A stretch of DNA of 63,533 nt, filler included, from Octopus bimaculoides (Eukaryota): assembly GCF_001194135.2 (NCBI RefSeq). It is 6 parts of 6 records of this genome, joined end to end, with 100 filler letters (N's around TTAATTAATTAA, not from the genome) between each part and the next. Parts side by side here need not be neighbours in the genome. Positions count along the whole stretch, not along the records: positions 1 to 15,812 come from NW_026398593.1; 5 more parts are not named here. The stretch is one strand, 5' to 3'. A program made the position numbers and the translations under genes. Below are positions 1 through 10,700 of the stretch, one piece after another. Position 1 is the stretch's first letter; every line of letters begins with the position of its first letter. The notes below the pieces were generated by a model that ran no database searches, was not told where the DNA came from, and was given only the letters and a program-made list of their open reading frames with translations.

Positions 1-290
1 GTGAGTAGATTTGGTAGACGGAAACTAAAAGAAGCCCGTCGTATATATGTATATATATATATGTGTGTGTGTGTTTGTGTGTCTGTGTTTGTCCCCTCCA
101 ACATCGCTTGACAACCGATGCTGGTGTGTTTACTTCCCCGTAACTTAGCGGTTCGGCAAAAGAGACCGATAGAATAAGTACTAGGCTTACAAAAGAATAA
201 GTCCTGGGGGTCGATTTGCTCGAATAAAGGCGGTGCTCCATCATGGCCGCAATCAAATGACTGAAACAAGTAAAAGAGTAAAAGAGTAAT
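1..290 (+). mobile_element. 3' part of tRNA-derived SINE (family A, carries an internal TA/TG microsatellite)
   Basis: Same sequence (gtagacggaaact...gtccccc..catcgcttgacaaccgatgctggtg...ggcggtgctccagcatggcc..gactgaaacaagtaaaaga) recurs at 17670-18490 (-), 58060-58275 (+) and partly at 41150-41280, 56710-56770 and 62393-62970. Confidence 0.85.
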
Positions 291-627
291 TACATGGAAA
301 GGAAAGCAGAAATCGCTGCGATCGTATCTTCATCTGAATACTGGGAAATATTACATAACAAGACCTCGTCTGACTACAATTGGTGAATATGTTTATATAA
401 CAGATATAGATAACAATATTTACCAAATACCTGGAAATATTAAAGAGCTAACATCTGAAGATACTGAAATCCTGAGATGTGAAGATTATCCAAAATATTT
501 AATCCTCAGGAACTATGAAAATGAAGTCTACCAACTTCTTGGTTTTGATGTTTCAGAAAATTCTTACATGATTTTTGGAATTATTCCAGGACGTCAATCG
601 GTTGCTTTCTTTCATTATGACAAATAA
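289..627 (+). pseudogene. Stop-free coding-like frame (3' end of a gene, 5' side interrupted by a SINE); weak resemblance to NHL/beta-propeller blades
   Basis: Hand translation: ITWKGKQKSLRSYLHLNTGKYYITRPRLTTIGEYVYITDIDNNIYQIPGNIKELTSEDTEILRCEDYPKYLILRNYENEVYQLLGFDVSENSYMIFGIIPGRQSVAFFHYDK*, TAA at 625-627 overlapping AATAAA. Non-repetitive, AT-rich and open for >110 codons. Absent from the ORF track because there is no early start codon. Confidence 0.45.
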
Positions 628-653
628 ATATTTTCATAAATATTCAAATTTGA

Positions 654-753
654 TCTTCTTCTTCTTCTTCTTCTTCTTCTTCTTCTTCTTCTTCTTCTTC
701 CTTTCATTCTTCTTCTTCTTCTTCTTCTTCTTCTTCTTCTTCTTCTTCTTCTT

Positions 754-843
<90 letters not shown>
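654..843. repeat. Compound (TTC)n(TTA)n microsatellite
   Basis: Directly visible. Confidence 0.98.
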
Positions 844-844
<1 letters not shown>

Positions 845-1460
845 TGGAGTATGTTAGTGAGTTTGTCTATCTTGGAAACAAGATCAGCAAATCAGGTGGA
901 TCAGACGAGGACGTCACTGCAAGAAGCAAGAAGGCTTGGCAAGCCTTCGCTATTCTTCGGCCAGTATGGAAGTCCACTGCCATCTCAACTCGAACTAAAC
1001 TCCGCTTATTTAGTTCAAACGTAAAATCTGTGCTTTTGTATGGCTCTGAAACATGGGGAGCCCCCTGCAGCAACTACAAGAAGATCCAGACCTTCATCAA
1101 CAAATGTCTCCGGCAGATCCCCTATCTGAAGTGGTTCGACAGAGTGCCAAACACCGACCTGCGGGAAAGGGCCAACCAGGAGCCCATACATGTTCAGATT
1201 AGACGAAAGAAATGGAGATGGATCGGACACACACTGCGGAAAGAACCCTCAAACGTGACACGACAATCACTTGACTGGAACCCGCAGGAGAAAAGGAAGC
1301 GAGGACGCCCGAAGCAGACATGGAAGCGGAGCATTTTGGACGAGCTCAGGACCACCGGCCTGACATTTGATGCAGCCAAGAAATACGCCAATGACCGCAA
1401 GAAGTGGAAAATAACTGTTGAGGCCCTATGCTCCAGAAGGGGCAGAAAGGATTAAAAAGA
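844..1460 (+). mobile_element. 5'-truncated RTE-clade LINE (RT thumb/C-terminus)
   Basis: ORF 844-1455 has FVYLG, LLYGSETW, RRKKWRWIGHTLRK and WNPQEKRKRGRPKQTW, typical of RTE ORF C-termini. Frame uninterrupted. Confidence 0.9.
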
Positions 1461-1464
1461 AGTT

Positions 1465-3035
1465 CTTTACTGCTACTTATTGAAACCAATGTGGGCGCTT
1501 CTCGGTAGCCTTAGTCTTCTGTCATAATTCCATTCACATAGAGGATGTTTTATAGGAATACTAGCAAATGCACCCGTCCTCTGGACGGTGTAATTATTGA
1601 AATGGTGCACTCCCGTGGGCGGTTTAAGTTGAATTAGCCCGCAGTTAGAAACCGCTTCAAGTTGATAAGCGTCAAATGTGTAATTACCATTTCCATTGCG
1701 ACTGTCATCTTCCAAGCTAAACTCTGCAAATTTAAATTTTACAAACCACTTTTGAATAGTTGATTCACCTACAGCGTCATCACTATAAACTTCACAAATG
1801 TTTTTGCAAGTTTTTGCAGCATTTTCTTCTTTTTCGAAAAAAAAAAAAAAAAAAGAGAGAGAAGCATTACAATGCGAATAATAAATTTTTAGTTATCCAT
1901 TTCAAATGTCAATAAGGGGCAATCGAGATGCATGATAAGTCTATTTTTAGTCAGGAACAAAAAAAAAAAAAGGCGATCTTTCGATACTAGTCCACCACAA
2001 CTTCCGGTCATTGCGCGCACGCATACTGATTACATGATCGTATAGTGAGTTTATGTGTTTAAAGTTTCAGTTCGGATGGCACCTTACTCNNNNNNNNNNN
2101 NNNNNNNNNNNNNNNNNNNNNNNNNNNNNNNNNNNNNNNNNNNNNNNNNNNNNNNNNNNNNNNNNNNNNNNNNNNNNNNNNNNNNNNNNNNNNNNNNNNN
2201 NNNNNNNNNNNNNNNNNNNNNNNNNNNNNNNNNNNNNNNNNNNNNNNNNNNNNNNNNNNNNNNNNNNNNNNNNNNNNNNNNNNNNNNNNNNNNNNNNNNN
2301 NNNNNNNNNNNNNNNNNNNNNNNNNNNNNNNNNNNNNNNNNNNNNNNNNNNNNNNNNNNNNNNNNNNNNNNNNNNNNNNNNNNNNNNNNNNNNNNNNNNN
2401 NNNNNNNNNNNNNNNNNNNNNNNNNNNNNNNNNNNNNNNNNNNNNNNNNNNNNNNNNNNNNNNNNNNNNNNNNNNNNNNNNAAAAAAAAAAAAAAAAACA
2501 ACCCAGAATGCACTGCAACTTCAAGCAATGCCAAAATTTTAACTGTGTCACATTTCAGGTGTGTTCAATGAAGCGTTTAAAGATTTAGCTTAAAAACGCT
2601 CAAAACTTCCTGAACAACCTAATACATCCAGAATGTTTTATAGGAATATGAAATCAAAAGCCACTACTTAACTGCTGCTTATATAAACCAATGAGGGAGC
2701 CTCTAGGTAGTATTAGTCTTCTATTACAATTCTATTCAAATCTAGGATGTTTTATAGGAGTACTAAATAAACCCCAGTAAATAGCTGCTACTTATACAAA
2801 CTAATGTGAGGGAGTCTAGGTACACTTAGTCCTCTATTATAATTCTACTGACATCTACGATGTTTCAATGGAATATTAAATCAAGGCCAGTACTTAACTG
2901 CTATTTATATACATCAATGAAGGAGCCTCCGGGTATTCTTAGTCTTCAATTATAATTCCTTTCACAGCCAGGATGTTTTATAGGAATATTAAATCAACGC
3001 CAGGTCTTTACAATTACTTATACAAACCAATGTAG
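1465..3035. repeat. Degenerate ~113-114 bp tandem repeat, interrupted by an insertion and a gap
   Basis: Motif gatgttttataggaat recurs near 1543, 2633, 2747, 2860 and 2973; spacing 114/113/113 bp in the right-hand block. Confidence 0.8.
1561..1590 (-). mobile_element. Helitron-like 3' terminus
   Basis: Minus strand reads cacCGTCCagaGGACGggtg-catttg-CTAG|T: a GC-rich hairpin a few nt upstream of CTAG followed by T, the canonical Helitron 3' end. The 5' end is not found (may lie in the 2090-2481 gap). Confidence 0.55.
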
Positions 3036-3227
3036 GTGTTTCCTGACACCCAGATCATGCTTAGGGACATTTGCAATTCTCGTTTTTGGTGAAACATTGC
3101 AAACTAGTGTTTATATTAATTTTAAATATACACATTATCAAAACACTAAATCATCCAATTATTTGCATGGCGAAAACAAAAATACTAATGGCGAAGCGAG
3201 TCCTGAAAGAGCCGAACATTCGAGCCG

Positions 3228-3280
3228 TCTTAACTGATGAGGCAACGAAAATTGCCGAAACCGATGCGTCAGTATTAAGA
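3228..3280 (+). ncRNA. Type I hammerhead-ribozyme-like motif (minimal, Penelope/retrozyme type)
   Basis: tcttaa-CTGATGA(3234-3240)-GGCAA cgaaaa TTGCC-GAAA-C cgatgc G-TC|agta-ttaaga. Intact core, 5-bp stem II, 2-bp stem III, GUC site; stem I pairs only with a 4-nt bulge. Confidence 0.65.
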
Positions 3281-3755
3281 ATCCTCGATCGATACTTTTC
3301 GGGTGGTTATTATCCCTGTTAATGTATATGCTTTTTTATTTATGTGCGTTAACGGCAGCATTGACGGTCACACTGAGAATTTGCGGACATTTACGTATGT
3401 AAATGGTAACAATGAAACTATGGTATGTGGCTGATCATTATATTTTGTATCTTTTCATTTGTCTTGCTCGCTTTACGTTCTGGCGTTTTGCTGAATTTTC
3501 TTGAGAACAATTTTTCTTAGTGGTCAGACCATATGGGGTCTACATTTAGCATATCAGGAGTCCACCTAGTGGTAATTCCTCTTATATATATGTGATATAA
3601 GTTCCTGAATCTTCAGATTTTTTCAATATGTTAGGCCACTGGTTTTAATTTTTACCCTTATTATTTAAATTTATATATACATATATACATATACAAATAT
3701 ATTTCATACATATATATGTATATATATATTAATACATACATGTATATATATTCTA

Positions 3756-3802
<47 letters not shown>

Positions 3803-4312
3803 AATATATATATATATACGTATATACATATATATATATGCATACATATATATGCGTATATNNNNNNNNNNNNNNNNNNNNNNNNNNNNNNNNNNNNNNN
3901 NNNNNNNNNNNNNNNNNNNNNNNNNNNNNNNNNNNNNNNNNNNNNNNNNNNNNNNNNNNNNNNNNNNNNNNNNNNNNNNNNNNNNNNNNNNNNNNNNNNN
4001 NNNNNNNNNNNNNNNNNNNNNNNNNNNNNNNNNNNNNNNNNNNNNNNNNNNNNNNNNNNNNNNNNNNNNNNNNNNNNNNNNNNNNNNNNNNNNNNNNNNN
4101 NNNNNNNNNNNNNNNNNNNNNNNNNNNNNNNNNNNNNNNNNNNNNNNNNNNNNNNNNNNNNNNNNNNNNNNNNNNNNNNNNNNNNNNNNNNNNNNNNNNN
4201 NNNNNNNNNNNNNNNNNNNNNNNNNNNNNNNNNNNNNNNNNNNNNNNNNNNNNNNNNNNNNNNNNNNNNNNNNNNNNNNNNNNNNNNNNNNNNNNNNNNN
4301 NNNNNNNNNNNN

Positions 4313-6162
4313 NCACTTTTCTTGAAACGTTACTTTTAAAGTTACATCCTTAATAAAACACTCGACCTTTGATTTTAATATTACGTAATAACTACCTTTC
4401 TCTGGACTTTCCATCAAAATTTTCTGGTTTGTCCCGGGCTTGTTTGATCGCCATTTTGTCAAATGCTCACTGCAGCCGAGTTTCTTGTAGCAAACAAAGA
4501 GATCCGCTTCTCCCATGCCATCAAAAGTAACAATTTTCACATTCTTCAATTGTGACTTTATCTTCAGTTTAAACATGATTTCTTCTTCAGGGACCGCACT
4601 TAATCCCTCGATTTTCGAGTTCTGGTGTACTGTTCGGATGTATGAAGACAGATGACATACTTTTATACCAACCTTTCTAAAAACTCTCTCTACAGGTTTA
4701 GTGTCATAGCCAAAGTCATAAGCGGACTTCATGAAGTCACAAGCGGCCTCAACGAAAGTAGTTGACGGATGCCAGTAGAAACGATTGGAATGAGCTGCAG
4801 TCTTCAAAACCTTTTTCGTACCCCATCCTTTCCGTCTGCTTAATAGACAGTAAAACCTGTTGAATACCCCACTGAGGTAGTGGACGTCCATACCATCATT
4901 GTAGTCGCCAGCATGTATGATCGACATCCCGTCAGTTGATTGGTTACACACGTTGCGAATTGGATTCGTAGCAACGTCCTCTCCAATTTCCCACTCGTTA
5001 GTCCCTTCTCTACCTAAGAACTTTTCGGCTGCCTCTCCAGCCAAGTCACTGAACGATTCATCGATACCACCCGACTGCCCCTCGTATATCAAGCCCGAAT
5101 GTTCCTCGGTGAAGCAATGGCTTATTTCGTGTGCAATGATATCAAGACTTACTAGCGGCCGATACTCGCTGTTGCCGTCACCAAACGTGAAGTTTTTTCC
5201 ATTGTAAAAAGCATTCACTACGTTTTGGCCATAGTGTACACGGAGAACGATTGGCAGCTCTTTCACCGGAGATACTTTCACCCATTCTCTGTACATATTG
5301 TAGACGATGTTGCCATAGAAAACAGCATCGTTTATCGGAGAATAAGCTCCGTTCACTTCGTCCTTCACACCAGTGTTGCATTTGACATTATAGACATTTC
5401 CTGCCTCATTAGGCAGAAACTCTTCCCCATTCAGATTCACCACTGTGACGATGTCGTTCCCGAAATAACAATCATCGCCTTCACGTGTCACTTCCAAATA
5501 TGGTAGTACTTCTCCGTATCTCAATTTACCTATCAATTTGTTACCTCCGATACCTTTCATTTTGTATTTGTTTCTTGTAGTTTCTAGTGTGTTCCATTTT
5601 TTAACAAGCGTTTCATTATTCGCATCGATTATCATGCAAAATCGATAATTTTTTCCATCAGATACGGCATAATATTGAATTCGATAAACCAGGATTCCTA
5701 CGTCGTCCTTCACGAAGATCATCAATTGAGGTTTATTGTAGTCTATGCGGGCCCCTTCCATAGAAAAGTGGCCGTAATCGACAGCTAATTGCATCGCCTG
5801 CTGCTCGTTCAAATTTGGTATTGTAGAGTTGATGTCATCATCAAGGTTCTGAACCAGTTTACCAGTCACCTGACCAGTGTACACATCGGTTTTGGCGTCT
5901 GTCTCCACAGTGAGGCTGGCATCAAACACCGGAAGTCCTCCATAAGTCTCGCTGTATTTTTTGATGTTGGTTCCTTGCTCACTCGGTGCTGAGTCCACTA
6001 GCTTGATGTCCTCGTCCTTGGTCAGACCGAACAGGTCACGTGTGGTGATCATGTGACTTGGTTGTCGCTTCATTGTCTCGCTCAGGTTATCCACATTCGA
6101 CAGGAACACATCCCTGGCCTGTCGCCATTTTGCTGACGTCACAACGTGGCTCCCCAGGAACG
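4313..6162 (-). CDS. Exon 2 of secreted M4-family zinc metalloprotease (vibriolysin/LasB-like): propeptide, catalytic domain, PPC-like C-terminal domain
   Basis: Motifs GIGGNKLIGKLRYG, NGAYSPINDAVFYG, VHYGQNVVNAFYNG..TFGDG, AHEISH (HExxH at 5131-5117), GGIDESFSDLAGEAAE (third Zn ligand E), DVHYLSGVFNR (catalytic His) and GEADLFV..GSYYVILKS..VTLKVTF (PPC-like). Acceptor TTTCTAG|CG at 6163/6162. The last codon before the N-gap is TGN (4315-4313), probably TGA. Confidence 0.95.
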
Positions 6163-6731
6163 CTAGAAAGATAATAATAATAATGTTAACAACAGCAACA
6201 AACAACAACAACAACAATAATAATAATAATAGATATAAAAGATGGCCTACAGCAAATATTCTGCTCAATACCACAGATTTGCTTGTCAGTTGTTTGACCT
6301 TAACCAGTTGAGCATGTCCCTTAGTGGCTGACGATATGTGCATCTCTGATCATGAGCAGAAGTAGTGGGGGAGCATCATAGCCATGTGCTGAGAGGTAGT
6401 CTTTGGGGTTTGAATAATTCGCCTTTGGAAATATGGGTGTTTTGCTCAACATCCTTATACAAACCTTATTCAGGGACCTTTTGAGCGGGATGGGCTACTT
6501 GACCTGAAGAAAATTCTAACTGGGCCTCACTTGCAAAGGTCATGCGCTGTTTATCTTGATAGGAGATCACCATGTCGCGCACATGTAGTTGTGATGCATG
6601 TGCCTGATGTACCCTTATCAGACGGGTAGTCATGATGGGTATAATGGGCTTCGTACATTTTACCCTAGTGTCACTTTGATGGCAAGCACTGCTCTCTCAC
6701 TCAATAATAATAATAATAACAATAATGATAA

Positions 6732-7080
6732 TGTAGTAACGCCGTGCTCATGCGTAGTCTCACGCATGCGTGGAATTCAACAACCAAGCTTTCCCGCTTC
6801 TATTCTGTCTCTTTCTTGCTGGCCAGCGATTGAGCATGGACGTGTTTAGCTGTCTCTCTCCATCTTTCGAACTTACGCTCGACAGCTCGCTTACGTCCCA
6901 ACAACTATGCTCACACACACAGAAGCTGTAACAACAAACAAGAGCTAAAGATGTATATATTTACCACCTGAATAAATGTTGTATAAGTTGATAGTCTGGA
7001 GTTCAGCGTTCCGTTAATTTTTAATTTTATATAGGAAAGTCAGGTATACATCTAATGATGTATAACCCACTTTCCTATAA
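6732..7080 (+). mobile_element. Unclassified ~350-bp LTR-like repeat, copy 1
   Basis: Starts TGTAGTAAC, contains AATAAA, ends in a ~50-nt hairpin (TATAGGAAAGT...ACTTTCCTATA). Homologous inverted copy at 7601-7956. Confidence 0.75.
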
Positions 7081-7094
7081 TAATATCAATAATG

Positions 7095-7133
<39 letters not shown>

Positions 7134-7134
7134 G

Positions 7135-7260
7135 GTGTATATGAAAAGAAAGAATGGTGGCACAGGACTGAGAACATTGTTTAATGAGTGAAAGGAGAAC
7201 GCTTGTTGAGTATTTGATCAATAGTGACGAAGATCAGCTGTAATATACCGGGGTCATATT
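7135..7260 (+). mobile_element. Short fragment of an R4-like LINE RT-thumb region
   Basis: aaaagaaagaatggtggcacaggact matches aggaaagaaagaatggtggcagaggact near 10371-10398 (RKxGGRGL motif). Confidence 0.55.
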
Positions 7261-7600
7261 ATTATTGATGATTTTAAATACTACAGGAAGAACGATTGGG
7301 ATAAGGGTAATCACTGTGGTTATGGAGGCGAACACAATGCAAGCGCGTTATTTATATACATGTGTATGCACATACTATCGTGCGTGTATATACAAATAAA
7401 GAGAGGAAGAGAGAGATGGGATCTCATAACAACTCTCGTGAGAAGTGAACGAACGACTCATGAAATCACGATGCAATGCAGCAAGGAAAGTATTAACGGC
7501 GAGAATGGAGCTGTAGGAATGTTGGTTATCGGTTATATAGAAATAGTTGTTATTGTAGCTCAGCGGGCTGCGTGTTTGAATCACGTCGGAGGGTCACCGG

Positions 7601-7956
7601 TTATAGGAAAGTGGGTTATACATCATTAGATGTACACCTGCTTTCCTATATTAAATTAAGATATGAACGGTACGCAGAACTCCAAACTATCAACTCAACA
7701 ATATTTATTCAAGGTGGAATATATACAGCTTTACTCTTGGTTGTTGAGACGTCTTCTGTTTGTGAGAACATGGTTGCTGAGACATCGGTATGTTGATGTG
7801 AGCTGTCTGGCGTGAGATCGAAAGATGAGAGAGACAGCTTGACACGTCCATGCTCAATCGCTGGCCAGCAAGAAAGAGACAGAATAAAGAGGGGAAACGC
7901 TTGGATGTTGAATTCCACGCATGCGTGAGACTACGCATGCGCACGGCGTTACTACA
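7601..7956 (-). mobile_element. Unclassified ~350-bp LTR-like repeat, copy 2 (inverted relative to copy 1)
   Basis: Its reverse complement begins tgtagtaacgccgtgc.catgcgtagtctcacgcatgcgtggaattcaac and ends ctttcctataa, as in copy 1. Confidence 0.75.
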
Positions 7957-7959
7957 GAG

Positions 7960-10700
7960 CTATAGCCGGTCATGGTGAATGTTTCCCGCCCGGCACGTCC
8001 GAAACCGCCCGCACCAGGGGCAGTGATCTGGCCTCGGACGGTCGTTATGTCGCAACAGATCACATACACGGTGTGCGCAAAAACAGCCATAAGTGGACGA
8101 AGGAAGAGTATGATACGCTTATTGAATGTCATGGAAGAGCGAAGTTGGAAAGAAGCCGCGGATTAGGCCGACGTACCTTGAAATTTTGGATGGAAAAGGA
8201 CACGTGTCCGATGTCAGAAAACAAACTAATGAACCAAGTGAGAGTGGTTAGGAGGAAGGGTTACTTAACTGGAGTAGAAGTATCTCGGATTCGTGAGAGT
8301 CTGAGAGACCCTCAAACGATGGTCGGAGTTGAAAACAGAGAGGTAGGAGTTGAAAGCAGGGAGAAGAGTAGGCAGAAGGAAGAGGAGAATGAAGATGGGG
8401 CTGTTAATGATGGGGAACAGGAATGTTATACAGTGAACCCTGATACTGTGGTGGGTGGACATGCAGGGGAAACGAACCAACTGGATAATGAATTGTTTGA
8501 AATTCAAAGACGACTCACCGAGTTGATGAAGAAAAAATCCCCCTGAATATGAAAAGGGTAGACAAGAGCGTGATAAATAAAGTAACACAAAAGATAAATG
8601 CTGTCATACCATACATCCAGACGGAGGACATCACACAAACATGGAATCTTCTCCGAGCCATTGCGCTGCTTGTTGAGGAGAAATTACAGCTTAAGGGAAC
8701 AAAAAATGGTGGAGCAAAAGAACCATGGTGGAAACGACGCATTGAAAGGGACATGATGCGGGAAAGGCAAGATCTAGGAAAAATTGAGAAATGGTTAAGA
8801 GGAAACTGGAAAAATGGGGAAAAGACCGACTGAGAAAAATTAGAGAAGAAATATAAAATACGAAAGAACGGGTTTGATGAAGTAATAGAGCAGTTAAAAC
8901 AGAGGATCATGGCAAAAAGCCAGAAGATCAGAAGATTTGTGAACAGAAAGAAGCAGTTCGAGGAGAACAGTTTGTTCAAAACTAACCCGAAGCAATTCTT
9001 ACGAACGTTAGAAGGAGACAATGGGGAAAATGTTGCTCCTGATGCAAATCAAGCCAAGGAGTTCTGGAGCGGATAATGGGGAAACAATGTGGTGCATAAA
9101 AGGGATGCAATGTGGATAGGAACTATCAAGACAGAATTACAAGGAGGAAACAAGCAAAGGAATATTGTCATAGGCACGGGTGATGTGAAAGAACAAGTGG
9201 GTAAAGTGCCTAAATGGAAAGCCCCCGGACCAGATGGGATTCATGGCTTCTGGCTGAAGAGATGCCATGCGGTGAATGGAAGACTAGCAGCCCAATTGAA
9301 TGAGCGTGTCCAGAAAGGTACAGTCCCTGCGTAGATGGTGACTGGGAGGACAACACTTGTAATGAAAGATAGAAGAAAGGGGAATATTGTGGCAAACTAC
9401 CGTCCCATAGTATGCCTAAACATAATCTGGAAGATGTCACTGGAATATGTGCGGAAAAGACATATACATTCCTGGTACAGGAAGAAATACTACCAAGGGA
9501 ACAAAAAGGATGTAGGAAGAGTTCTCAGGGTACCAAAGATTACCTGGTCATCGATAAAACAGTTTTCAGGTATTGTAAAAAAACATCTATGGCTTGGATT
9601 GACTTTAAGAAGGCATATGTTATGATGCCTCATTCTTGGATCGTTGAATGCCTGCAGATGTTTGGCGTTGCTGACAACACCACAAATTTTCTGATGCATA
9701 GCATGAAAGAGTGGAAAACCAAATTGTAAAGTAATGTATTCCTGGGAGAAGTTAATATTAAAAGGGGAATCTTCCAAGGTGACTTGTTTTTTTCCCTTAC
9801 TATATGTAATTGCACTAATACCCATAACAATGACCCTTAGGAAAGTTAAGATGGGTTACCGATGTGAGAAGAAAAGCCCATCATTGAACCATCTTCTGTT
9901 TAGGGATCACCTGAAATTGTTTGGGAAATCTGAAAAACAGATAGATTCCTTAACCGAAACAGTCCAGAAGTGTGGTAGGGACATCGGTATGGAATTTGGG
10001 ATGACCAAATGCTCAGTGCTTAATATGGAAAGAGGGAAGGAAGCAGCCTGCAGGGGATTTCGGTTACCACCAGAAGTGACCATGGGTGAATCGGACGGTA
10101 ATATTTAGGGATTTTGGAGCTGGATGACATTCTACACGGAGAAATGAAAGTCAAGGTCAGCGAGGCGCATCAAAAACGGGTGAAGATGGTGTTGAAATCC
10201 GACCTGAATGCCAAAAATTTGACTACCACAATGATTATCTGGGCAGTTGCAGTGGTCAGATATAGAGCGTCCATCCTCAAATGGACTAAGGAGGAAATAT
10301 CAACACTGGACAGAAGGACGAGAAAATTGATGACACTGCATGGGTTGCTAACCCGAAAGCAAACTTAAACAGGAAAGAAAGAATGGTGGCAGAGGACTAA
10401 TTAGTGGATGTGAGAGCCTTGCACAAAGCGCCGCCACGATAAAGTGTATGTATCTTCATTGGCTCTTATGCCGTAAATACCAATATGAAGTAGCAGAGAA
10501 CTGGTATGAGTATGTACCAAGTAAAGTTATGCAGGAGGATGGAAAAGTACTGTCAGATCATTGATGTAGCCACACCAAATGACATGAATGTTGTGAGTAA
10601 AGGGGTTGAAAAAAAATCGCCAAGGACTCCGAATTGAAAGTGGAAATGGTAAGACTGTATGGAGGGTCAAAGTTGGGAACAAAACAGGAGAGTTGAGACT
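7960..10700 (+). mobile_element. Decayed near-full-length R4/Dong-like non-LTR retrotransposon (RT plus restriction-like endonuclease), antisense within the protease intron
   Basis: Broken frames give HKWTKEE (N-terminal Myb-like), EPWWKRRIE, KWKAPGPDGIHGFWLK, NYRPIVCL, EQKGCRK, AWIDFKKAY, LNHLLFRDHLKLF, and a REL tail RRHDKV...IIDVATPNDMNV. Multiple stops and frameshifts. Confidence 0.85.

Noticed and set aside
4917-5992. Plus-strand and alternate-frame ORFs overlapping the protease
   Set aside because: Shadow ORFs of the real minus-strand CDS; no recognisable motifs.
4313-6162. M4 protease as bacterial contamination in the assembly
   Set aside because: The CDS runs without a gap into an animal-type splice acceptor, microsatellites and retroelements. 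A phase-matched signal exon exists upstream, and there are no neighbouring bacterial genes or operon context.
6163-6343. N-terminal 60 aa of the listed 879-aa ORF (MHISSATK...IIIIIFL) as the signal peptide
   Set aside because: The hydrophobic run is translated (TTA/TTG)n microsatellite upstream of a clear acceptor; the true start is better explained by the exon at 12128-12080. The ORF's tail through Ns and (TA)n is also artefactual.
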